Positions 1 through 8,107 of a stretch of DNA of 32,000 nt are shown piece by piece. Made by a program: the position numbers and the translations under genes. The stretch's first letter is position 1. The number at the start of each line of letters is the position of its first letter. The DNA lies in NCBI GenBank assembly GCA_006546595.1, contig VIAD01000009.1:56495-88494 (forward strand). The letters are read 5' to 3'. This stretch comes from Moraxellaceae bacterium AER2_44_116 (GTDB taxonomy: Bacteria > Pseudomonadota > Gammaproteobacteria > Pseudomonadales > Moraxellaceae). The notes under the pieces are model-generated. The model was not told where the DNA came from. It searched no databases and saw only the letters and a list, made by a program, of their open reading frames with translations.

Positions 1-1722
1 AGTACCATTGCCAATTTTTCCCCAAGAGTCACAACTATACTGTTCTACACCGTTTATGGTGCGGATGGGTTTTAATGGGTCAGCGACCTGTGTTTTAGTG
101 CCAAAAAAGAAATCATTAGCAGGCGTAGTAAAATCAGCCCCTTCTGCGGTAATCACATTGGCGGTATCTTTAAATAAAGTCACATTCGCTTTATCGGTAA
201 TCAGTACGAAATTAGTGCCGTTATTTTGGACATTCGGGCCACACACTTCTTTAAATTGCGCTACTTGACCGTTTAATGTCGATTTTCCTGTTGCTTCAAT
301 CGTAAATGTTGATGCGGCATTATTCCCCAAAGTCACATTGTAGCTACCAACAAAATTGCTAAGGTTAGTAAGCTGTCCGCTGGGCAAACCTTTACTAGCA
401 CAAGTATCCGTATTTCCTGTATCAACAGGCGCAGCTGCACCCGCTAAAACAACTTCATTTGCTTTAAAAGTAATGGTCTTTTTGCTTGCCGTTACAGGTC
501 TATAAATTCCCAAACACGCGCCTGTATTATCGGTAATTAACCAAGGATGTGTCACAAAGGTTTGTTGGTTGTGAGTTTGTGTTGTTGCAAGATTTGCTTT
601 ATATGTCACACGACTAGCATTATGATCTAGCCAATAGACATTGATATTAGAGCCGCGCTGATTAACAAAATCCATATAAATCGATGCACCTTGACTCGAT
701 TTTATTCGCCCTTCACCACTACAAGCGTATTCCTCAACACCTTCAACCGTACGAATTGGTACGGCATCTGGATAATTACTAACACTCTTATTATCTACAA
801 TATTAAAACCACCATACCAACGATTTAAGGCAACAATATTAGACAATTGAGCAAATGAACTATAAAAATTTTGCACCCAATTAATCCACGCATTCACAAA
901 GTTCGCGTTATAAAAACTTAATGCCGTTGTACCTTGTTTCGCATCAAACGTACCATCACTAAAATCACTGGCCAAAACCTTAGCCATATCGTAAGCAGGT
1001 GTTAAGCTCGCACTGTTCATCCGTTGTGCTTCTTTCGCTAAAGTTGCTAAATACGACGCATAGGCACGGCGTTGTGCATCTAAAGCAGCATTCACTAATT
1101 TATCAAACTCACCTACGCCAATTGCAATTGGAGCTTGAGTCACATCAAAATTCAGTTTCAGTTGATTTTTAACTGCCACATTGGCTTGGTTGATATTTTG
1201 GGCGATTAAACCGCCTACGGCTTTTTCGGCCTGTTGTACCGCTGATTCGGTTAGGGCTGTAACGCCGATATTGGCATTAGGAGTCACACTTGCTGCGGCA
1301 CGTAATAAGGGTTTATTAGCATCTGCTACAGGAACAGTGATGGTTGTTGCTTTTTCAAGTGCCTCATCGGCGTATTCTAATTTTCCAGCCACCGTAGGTA
1401 ATACAGCCGCTATGACGGGTGCTGCTAATTTGGCTACAGGGACAGTAAAAGTGGCTACACCATTATCAACAGGCGTTAAGGTTTTTGGTGGGGCTAAGTC
1501 CACGCCCGTTTTGGCATCACGTAAAACAACACGACCACTCAAAATTTTACCCAATGAAGGCGTAACCGTGACTGTGGTCGTCGCGGTTGATGTTGGGGTG
1601 GATGTTGGGGTGGATGTTGGGGTGGATGTTGAGATAGGCTTATCGTGATCGTTGGAGTTACAAGCAACTAAACCCAAGCTCGCGGCTAAGATGGCAATGG
1701 TTAAAGGCTGACGTTGAAACAT
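1..1722 (-). CDS. Secreted lipoprotein, 5'-complete and 3'-truncated by the window edge (574 codons visible), with a Thr/Ser/Pro linker and repeated beta-rich modules
   Basis: I checked the minus-strand frame triplet by triplet over 1-1722 and found no in-frame stop. ATG is at 1722-1720. The N-terminus MFQRQPLTIAILAASLGLVAC is a signal peptide plus lipobox (LVAC), followed by TSTPTSTPTSTPTSTATTT. It is absent from the ORF track because the ORF is open at the left edge. The + strand ORFs 8-268 and 1181-1648 are shadows of it. Confidence 0.8.
   Translation of the reverse strand, partial: MFQRQPLTIAILAASLGLVACNSNDHDKPISTSTPTSTPTSTPTSTATTTVTVTPSLGKILSGRVVLRDAKTGVDLAPPKTLTPVDNGVATFTVPVAKLAAPVIAAVLPTVAGKLEYADEALEKATTITVPVADANKPLLRAAASVTPNANIGVTALTESAVQQAEKAVGGLIAQNINQANVAVKNQLKLNFDVTQAPIAIGVGEFDKLVNAALDAQRRAYASYLATLAKEAQRMNSASLTPAYDMAKVLASDFSDGTFDAKQGTTALSFYNANFVNAWINWVQNFYSSFAQLSNIVALNRWYGGFNIVDNKSVSNYPDAVPIRTVEGVEEYACSGEGRIKSSQGASIYMDFVNQRGSNINVYWLDHNASRVTYKANLATTQTHNQQTFVTHPWLITDNTGACLGIYRPVTASKKTITFKANEVVLAGAAAPVDTGNTDTCASKGLPSGQLTNLSNFVGSYNVTLGNNAASTFTIEATGKSTLNGQVAQFKEVCGPNVQNNGTNFVLITDKANVTLFKDTANVITAEGADFTTPANDFFFGTKTQVADPLKPIRTINGVEQYSCDSWGKIGNGT
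1589..1633. repeat. 12-bp tandem repeat gatgttggggtg, about 3.7 copies, encoding the (TSTP)n linker of the lipoprotein
   Basis: Direct reading gives units at 1589-1600, 1601-1612 and 1613-1624, plus a partial unit at 1625-1633. Confidence 0.9.
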
Positions 1723-1850
1723 TATGATTCCCTCATGCTCTACTTTTTGATTCATGTTTTATTATAAGACGGTGTTGTAAAGTCTCTGCCCCACTAAAGA
1801 GGGGGTAAATTTATTATTTACACTAATTTTATGTCTATAAAAAGTGCCAT

Positions 1851-2429
1851 TTAATGTTTTGTTTGTTGGCTTAACACCAGTTCTAAACGGTTGCGAACAC
1901 CAAAAATAGCTAAAACCGCCGTTACATGCTCTTTAACGGTATATTCGCTAATATTGAGTAACCTCGCGATTTGTTTATTCGACAGTCCTGCTAACAAGGC
2001 ATCAAAAATTTCTCTTTGTCGCTCGGTCAATAGCTCGACATAATTGGCACTGTTGGCTTTTATGGCATCAAACACATTTTCGCCTTCTTGAATGCGTTTA
2101 AAGCCCTGTAATACGTGGTCAACATCGGCATTTTTTAATAATAAGCCTCGCGCACCGCGACTCCGCGCTTGCATCACCAAACCCAATTCAGGATCAGCAG
2201 AAATCAAAATTACCCGCGACATAAAGGGAGCTAAGACATCCAACATGTTTAAAAAACCCATGTCGGGTAAGTGCATATCTAAGAAAATATAATCAGCATA
2301 AGACGCTAAATCAGCAATGCCATGAGAGGTGTGTTTAGCCTCAATCTGTACCGCGGGATAACACGCCTGTAGCAAGCTTTTTAATCCTGCACAAGTCATG
2401 GGATGGTCATCAATAATGAGTAAACGCAT
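1851..2429 (-). CDS. Two-component response regulator, NarL/FixJ (LuxR-type HTH) family
   Basis: It has an N-terminal receiver domain (IIDDH, FLDMHLPD acceptor Asp, conserved K in LLLKNA) and a C-terminal LuxR HTH (LTERQREIFDALLAGLSNKQIARLLNISEYTVKEHV). ATG is at 2429, with an aggga SD upstream. Confidence 0.9.
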   Translation of the reverse strand: MRLLIIDDHPMTCAGLKSLLQACYPAVQIEAKHTSHGIADLASYADYIFLDMHLPDMGFLNMLDVLAPFMSRVILISADPELGLVMQARSRGARGLLLKNADVDHVLQGFKRIQEGENVFDAIKANSANYVELLTERQREIFDALLAGLSNKQIARLLNISEYTVKEHVTAVLAIFGVRNRLELVLSQQTKH

Positions 2430-2510
2430 TGTCGTCCCTAATGTAATTATCTTGTTTTAAGCACGATTATAGAGATCGGTTGATAGATTGCATCCCTACT
2501 CATGGGGGGA

Positions 2511-4274
2511 TTAACGTAATAAGCCCATAAAAGTTTGCAACAACACAGCGGGGTCAACAGGTTTTGATAACAGCAATAAACCTTCTTGTTCCGCACGTTC
2601 ATGCGTTTCTGCGGCTAACTCCCCCGAAATCAATAAACCACGCGCATCAGGCCAATACACTAACCATTCACTGAGCCATTCAATGCCATCTTTGATACTA
2701 GCCAGACGAATATCACAAATGATGATATCGGGCTTTTCGGCCATCATTACCGTATCAGGTTGCGGATGATGGTCGACGACTAAACCTAAATCCTGCGCCC
2801 ATGTCATGAGAGCCTGAGCAGACATTGGGTCATCTTCAACCAATAACAATTTACGATGACGCAATTTATCAAGAGATTGCTGCTCGTTTGCAGGCTTCGC
2901 AGCATAAACCAATGGTTGAATGGTATAACTTGGTGACTGCGGCAACACTAAGGAAAAACAACTGCCTCGCCCAACAGTTGATTTAACGTCTATTTTTGCC
3001 GCCAGCAATACCTTCGCTTCATGAACGATACTCAACCCTAAACCAATACCTTTGGCGCGGTCACGATTGGCATTATTCAGTTGCACATAAGGCTTAAAAA
3101 TTTGCTCTTTTTCTGCCAAAGGAAAACCGATACCTTGATCGTAAACTGACAAGACGATGTGTTTATTTTTTAATCGCAAAGCCACTAATACTTTAGTCTG
3201 TGGACGCGAAAACTTTATGGCATTAGCTAACAGATTATCCAATACCCTTCCGAGTAATGCTTGGTCACTCTCAATGGCTTGCTGTTGCAAACGATGATCT
3301 ATTTTAATCCGAATTTGCACGTTTTTTTGTTGTGCGACTTGCTGATGCCCCATACTTTGGCGATAAATAAACTCCGCCAAATGCACACGCTGGATATTTA
3401 ATTTATAAATCCCACCTTCCATGTGTGACAAGTCCATAAGGTTATTAAATTGCTCTGCCAGTGCTTGCCCTGCTTCTAAAATACGTTCGACTAAGCGTAC
3501 GTTTTCGCCTGTGGGTAATCGCAACTTCAACGCGTGGCCTAATAACATTAAAGCATGAACAGGTTGGCGCAAATCATGGCTGGCCGCCGCTAAAAAAGCT
3601 GATTTTTCGATATTGGCTTGTTGGGCTTTCTCGACTTCCTGCTGTTGCTGAACTAACAACTGCTCTTTATCACGACGCAGGCGCATATTGGCAATAATAA
3701 TGGCATTACGCTCTAACGCCATCCGCATTAATACCGCATGATAAATAATAAAAAAACCTGACAACTCCAACCAATGCAGAGGGAAAACATAGGGAAAATA
3801 GCCAATAAAAAACCACAATGCCCCTATTGAGCCAACCAAAAAATGTCCCAAACCAAAAATTGCAATTGAGCCTGCCCCTGCACAAACTCCCAAATAAATC
3901 ATGGTGATGACAAGGTTATGTTCGACTTCCCCCGCGAGTAAAAGGTGTGAGCTATTGCCCCACAACAAACCGATACAGGCACTATAAAACATGCCTACTT
4001 TTTCGAGTAGTTGTAACTTGGGCAATGACAGAGATGCAGCTGTAAATTGTTGTTGGGAATATGACTTAAAGGCAAAACCAATCATCATGGTGATAAAAGC
4101 CGCACTTAACCAAATAGCAATGATGCTAATAGCTAAAGGCTTGACTGCCGTGATGACAGCCAGTATTGCCAATAAAAATGACAAATGCGGACGCGTTTGT
4201 TGTACACCGAGCGATAACATTTCTGCACATGAGGGCGCATCATATTGTTGATGATTAAAAAATTTTATCGCCAC
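2511..4274 (-). CDS. Hybrid sensor histidine kinase/response regulator with a multi-pass membrane N-terminal domain
   Basis: It has hydrophobic N-terminal segments, an H-box AASHDLRQP, HATPase motifs (DNLLANAIKF, DQGIGF, GIGLGLSIV) and a C-terminal receiver (LLLVEDDP ... ICDIRL). The start is GTG at 4274 and the exact start is uncertain. Confidence 0.85.
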   Translation of the reverse strand: MAIKFFNHQQYDAPSCAEMLSLGVQQTRPHLSFLLAILAVITAVKPLAISIIAIWLSAAFITMMIGFAFKSYSQQQFTAASLSLPKLQLLEKVGMFYSACIGLLWGNSSHLLLAGEVEHNLVITMIYLGVCAGAGSIAIFGLGHFLVGSIGALWFFIGYFPYVFPLHWLELSGFFIIYHAVLMRMALERNAIIIANMRLRRDKEQLLVQQQQEVEKAQQANIEKSAFLAAASHDLRQPVHALMLLGHALKLRLPTGENVRLVERILEAGQALAEQFNNLMDLSHMEGGIYKLNIQRVHLAEFIYRQSMGHQQVAQQKNVQIRIKIDHRLQQQAIESDQALLGRVLDNLLANAIKFSRPQTKVLVALRLKNKHIVLSVYDQGIGFPLAEKEQIFKPYVQLNNANRDRAKGIGLGLSIVHEAKVLLAAKIDVKSTVGRGSCFSLVLPQSPSYTIQPLVYAAKPANEQQSLDKLRHRKLLLVEDDPMSAQALMTWAQDLGLVVDHHPQPDTVMMAEKPDIIICDIRLASIKDGIEWLSEWLVYWPDARGLLISGELAAETHERAEQEGLLLLSKPVDPAVLLQTFMGLLR

Positions 4275-4294
4275 TGTTTATACTCTTTAATAAA

Positions 4295-4359
4295 CCCTCA
4301 CCCCAGCCCTCTCCCTCGGGGAGAGGGGGAATTATGTCCTCTCTCACCAAGAGAGAGAG
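4295..4359. repeat. REP-like element, family C (CCTCACCCCAGCCCTCTCC-loop-GGAGAGGG), plus an adjacent ctctctc/gagagag hairpin
   Basis: ccctcaccccagccctctccctcggggagaggggg at 4295-4330 is self-complementary (ccctctcc/ggagaggg). The same unit recurs twice at 18103-18186. Confidence 0.75.
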
Positions 4360-4366
4360 TTAAAAA

Positions 4367-5605
4367 TCACACATGAAAAAACCAATACGATGCTAAAACT
4401 GCGGCCACAACACCGACAAAATCAGCAAATAAACCACACGCTAACGCATGGCGTTCGCGACGAATACCGACCGAACCAAAATAAACCGCCAACACATAAA
4501 ACGTTGTTTCGCTAGAACCTTGAATAGTTGCTGCTACCAAAGCGGGAAAAGAATCAACGCCATAGGTTTGCATGGTTTCTATCATCATTGCCCGTGCGCC
4601 ACTGCCCGAAAATGGCTTTATTAATGCGGTGGTAAGTGCAGGAACAAAATCGGTATTTAAACCTAATAAGCTAATTCCTTTAGCAATAACATCTAATAAC
4701 ATCGTCAACACACCGCTTGCTCTAAGCATCGACACCGCCACCAACATCGCGACTAAAAAGGGAATTAAACCGATGGCCAAGTCAAACCCCTGTTTTGCCC
4801 CTGTAATAAACTCATCATAAAGAGCGACATTTTTACGCCAGCCCGCCAACAAAAACAAAGCGATAATGCCAAATAACGCCAAATTGCCAATCAATGCCGA
4901 ACGCTCACCCAACGCCTCCGCAGGCAAACCAACAATTAAACTAATCAACCCTGCCATGACCACAGCAAAGCCTGCCCCATAAGCCAAAACCACTCGATCC
5001 CATAATTTGAGTTTTTGAATCCATGCCACCATTAAAATGCCTGAAAATGTTGAAGCACACGTTGCTAATAAAATAGGTAAAAAAACACTGGCGGGATTCG
5101 GTGCGTGAAATTGCGCCCGATACATAAAAATACTGACAGGAATTAACGTCACTGAAGATGTGTTAATCACCAAAAACAAAATTTGGGCATTGGTTGCGGT
5201 ATCGGGCTTTGTGTTGAGGCTTTGCAAATCTTTCATCGCTTTTAAGCCCATCGGTGTGGCGGCATTATCCAGCCCCAACATATTCGCTGCCATATTCAGT
5301 GTCACCGAACCAATGGCAGGATGCCCTGCGGGAACTTCAGGCATTAACCGACGAAACAACGGCGTTAATGCCCATGCTAATTTATCGGTCAAGCCACTTT
5401 TTTCGGCAATTTGAAATAGCCCTAGCCAAAAACACAATAAACCCACTAAACCAATGGCAATTTCTACTGCCGATTTTGCGGTTTTAAAGCTGGCCTCAAT
5501 GGTAGCCGCCAAGACTTCAGGATGTCCCATCATCGCTTGATACAAGCAACTAAAAAAAGCCAATAAAAATAAACTCGGCCACAAACGATTCAGCATAACT
5601 AACAT
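4367..5605 (-). CDS. Nucleoside-recognition (Gate) domain membrane protein, fused SpmA/SpmB-like
   Basis: This is a 412-aa polytopic membrane protein. Its composition and motifs (LGLDNAATPMGLKAM, SGSGARAMM) resemble spore-maturation-protein-like/nucleoside transporter gate domains, as I recall them. Confidence 0.65.
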   Translation of the reverse strand: MLVMLNRLWPSLFLLAFFSCLYQAMMGHPEVLAATIEASFKTAKSAVEIAIGLVGLLCFWLGLFQIAEKSGLTDKLAWALTPLFRRLMPEVPAGHPAIGSVTLNMAANMLGLDNAATPMGLKAMKDLQSLNTKPDTATNAQILFLVINTSSVTLIPVSIFMYRAQFHAPNPASVFLPILLATCASTFSGILMVAWIQKLKLWDRVVLAYGAGFAVVMAGLISLIVGLPAEALGERSALIGNLALFGIIALFLLAGWRKNVALYDEFITGAKQGFDLAIGLIPFLVAMLVAVSMLRASGVLTMLLDVIAKGISLLGLNTDFVPALTTALIKPFSGSGARAMMIETMQTYGVDSFPALVAATIQGSSETTFYVLAVYFGSVGIRRERHALACGLFADFVGVVAAVLASYWFFHV

Positions 5606-5853
5606 TCCAAAAGTAAGACGAAAAAATAAAACAAAAAACTATCTTGCTATCCTTATACTCATTCATCATTCGCACGGCAGATTGCCACGCCAAACGATGA
5701 CCCGCAATGATTAAGCGGCACTTATATTTTGCATCTGCTATTGCATAGCGGTCTGTCAATGCCATAACGTCTAAAAAAAGCGCAACAGATACAAAAAAAA
5801 TGACAATCGGCTAGTTATTACACCACTCTTTTAATACCGACGATTGAAAAAAG

Positions 5854-5902
5854 TTTTCCACAAAATCTGTGGATAAGTCTGTGGATAAGTCTGTTATCTA
5901 CC
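5854..5902. promoter_or_regulatory. Cluster of DnaA boxes: TTTTCCACA (5854-5862), TGTGGATAA (5868-5876), TGTGGATAA (5880-5888), weaker TTATCTACC (5894-5902)
   Basis: TGTGGATAA is the exact reverse complement of the consensus DnaA box TTATCCACA. It lies in a 12-bp tandem repeat (tctgtggataag x2.3). The first box has one mismatch and the opposite orientation. Confidence 0.7.
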
Positions 5903-6200
5903 CCAACAAAGCTAACGATACCAATGCTTTGAGTTAAATCGTCTATTTTTTGTACTTTATAAAAATAACCAATAAAATCAAAGAGTTAATTTTTACAATA
6001 CTGTCACAATCATTTTTTTATAAAAAAATACTTGACCATTCGCTTGTCAATAGCAGCAATTTTATATGTGTTCGTTTTTTAAGCATAAACTATGTCAAAA
6101 TATGACTAAAAAGCCAACAATGTTCGTGATGGAAAAAACTTGTCGAACATCAAGACTTTGAGCGACAATAACGGACAAATAAACATAAGATTTTATTCCT

Positions 6201-6869
6201 ATGATAGGACGATTACTGCTAACAACCCTTGCTCTCTCCTGCGCTTCTGCTGAGGCGGGTAACATTTATAAGTTTCGAGACGCAAGTGGCAACATCTTAT
6301 TTACCAACGTTGTGGACAGTCATAGTAAGCCGCGTGGTGAGGACTTCAATCAATATACCAAGCTAGAAAAAGTGACTTGGTTTGCCGATACCAATGTACA
6401 TAAATATCACAATTGGGGCAGTGATGAACGCGCCGTGCGCCCTAGTTTTAGCAAAAATAAAGATGCCTATGATGCCATGATTGCCGATGCCGCCAATACT
6501 TATGGAATTGACAAGGGTTTAGTGAAAGCGGTGATTCATACCGAGTCTGGTTTTAATCCACACGCACGCTCTGGGCCGGGTGCCAAAGGTTTAATGCAGT
6601 TAATGCCCGCTACTGCTCGTCGTTTTGCGGTTGGTGATGTCTATGACCCTGCACAAAACATTAAAGGTGGCACACAATATTTAAGCTTTTTAATGAAGCG
6701 GTTTAATAATTTAGAACTGGCGTTGGCAGGCTACAACGCAGGTGAAGGCAACGTAGATAAGTACAAAGGCATTCCGCCTTTTGCCGAAACGCAAGACTAT
6801 GTCAAACGGGTGATTGGGCGTTATAACAAATTGTATGGCGGCAATGGCCAACAACTCAGTATGAATTAA
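6201..6869 (+). CDS. Lytic transglycosylase (SLT domain) with signal peptide and a DUF4124-like N-terminal region
   Basis: It has a signal peptide MIGRLLLTTLALSCASAEA and SLT motifs (HTESGFNP catalytic Glu, GLMQLMPATA, AGYNAGEGNV). Confidence 0.9.
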   Translation: MIGRLLLTTLALSCASAEAGNIYKFRDASGNILFTNVVDSHSKPRGEDFNQYTKLEKVTWFADTNVHKYHNWGSDERAVRPSFSKNKDAYDAMIADAANTYGIDKGLVKAVIHTESGFNPHARSGPGAKGLMQLMPATARRFAVGDVYDPAQNIKGGTQYLSFLMKRFNNLELALAGYNAGEGNVDKYKGIPPFAETQDYVKRVIGRYNKLYGGNGQQLSMN

Positions 6870-6897
6870 AACGCTTCTACAATTACACTTAAATTAA

Positions 6898-6950
6898 CCC
6901 TTCGACTCCGCTCAGGGAGCGTCTCTGCGCTGGCTGAGCGGAGTCGAAGC
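6898..6950. repeat. REP-like palindromic element, family A (CTTCGACTCCGCTCAG ... CTGAGCGGAGTCGAAG)
   Basis: Perfect 16-bp inverted arms lie at 6900-6915 and 6934-6949, between convergent genes. Confidence 0.9.
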
Positions 6951-6955
6951 CGGAC

Positions 6956-7741
6956 TTAATCCAATAACTCAGCAAACAATGCCACAAACTGCTCACTCAA
7001 TTTATGATTCGGTGCTAAAAATACCAAGGGCATACTTTGTTGATGTGATTCTTTCATAATCACTGATGAACCTAAATGCGTTTGCATAATTGGCAAACCT
7101 TCAGCGCGTAACTCGGCGACCAATTGTGTTGGCAACGTTGCTCTAGGCTGAAACTGATTAACAATTACCCCTTCCACTTCCAGTTCAGCATTATGGTCAG
7201 CACGCGTCTCACCCACATTCTCCAGTAAAGTATATAAAGCACGACGTGAGAACGCATCACAATCAAACGGAATCAAACACCGCTCTGCCGCAATCAATGC
7301 TGACAAGGTATAAAAGTTAAACGCGGGTGGTGTATCAATAAAAATATTATCGTAATCGCGACTGATTTCTTTTAATGCCGCTGCCAATTTGTAAATCTTA
7401 TGTTTACTTTGCAATAAATGTTCAATTTCACCCAATTCTGGATTAGACGGAATCACATCTAAATTTTCAAAACGCGTTGGATGCACATACTCCGACAATG
7501 GCTTTTCACGGCCTTTTAAGCTCAATGTTTGTGCAAAAAACTGGCCAATATTGGGTTGTAACTCTGGTTTATCCGCCGCGTACTCAGCAACCTCTCCTAA
7601 TAAATACTGTGTCGCATTACATTGTGGGTCTAAATCCAGCACTAGTGTTTTTAAACCTTGACTCGCACTGACCGCCGCTAAATTGACGGTAATACTCGAC
7701 TTGCCCACACCACCTTTTTGATTAAAAATGACACGCCTCAT
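6956..7741 (-). CDS. ParA/Soj-family P-loop ATPase (orphan, no parB nearby)
   Basis: MRRVIFNQKGGVGKSSITVNLA is a deviant Walker A. ATG at 7741 is preceded by an aagagg SD. The 50-codon extension of the track ORF (to 7891) has no family-typical sequence. Confidence 0.85.
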   Translation of the reverse strand: MRRVIFNQKGGVGKSSITVNLAAVSASQGLKTLVLDLDPQCNATQYLLGEVAEYAADKPELQPNIGQFFAQTLSLKGREKPLSEYVHPTRFENLDVIPSNPELGEIEHLLQSKHKIYKLAAALKEISRDYDNIFIDTPPAFNFYTLSALIAAERCLIPFDCDAFSRRALYTLLENVGETRADHNAELEVEGVIVNQFQPRATLPTQLVAELRAEGLPIMQTHLGSSVIMKESHQQSMPLVFLAPNHKLSEQFVALFAELLD

Positions 7742-8107
7742 GCGATAGCCTCTTAGGTTTATTTTAAATTTGGTGCAATTGTAACGGTGATAGATAAGAG
7801 AACCAATGCTTTTATATGACATCTGATGTGGATTGCTAAAAGCCATCAAACACATCTCTTGTTTTAGTGTTTTTACTCTAGAAAAAATCAAGAGTTTTTA
7901 CACTTAAAAGCTTAAAAAACAGATAATTAGACTACTTATTCTACAACTCTGTCCTCTATAATCATTATAACAAACAGAAACCATAGTTTTTTTATGGTTC
8001 TACTAAAGAATCTCCCCTGACCCCTCTTTCAAAAAAGAAGGATTCTACAGGGAGACTTCAAATAAGCGATAAACACGTTCTAAAATGAATGATAGAGGGT
8101 AAAGACG

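Noticed and set aside
1181-1648. 155-aa plus-strand ORF (and 8-268)
   Set aside because: Both are antisense shadows of the 574-codon lipoprotein ORF. The repetitive VDVG peptide is simply the antisense of the TSTP repeat.
5550-5765. 71-aa minus-strand ORF overlapping the 5' end of the SpmAB-like gene
   Set aside because: It overlaps a well-supported gene in another frame and extends into AT-rich intergenic DNA. Its composition is unlike the neighbouring genes.
5606-6200. Calling this region oriC outright
   Set aside because: There are only about four boxes. I saw no GATC cluster and no dnaA/dnaN/gidA/mioC neighbours, and downstream gene orientation is mixed. I report it as a DnaA-box regulatory cluster and a hypothesis only.
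7742-7891. 50-codon N-terminal extension of the ParA-like ORF given in the track
   Set aside because: ParA homologues begin right at the MxxVIxxxNQKGGVGKS motif. An ATG with a good aagagg SD sits at 7741, and the extension is low-complexity and AT-rich.
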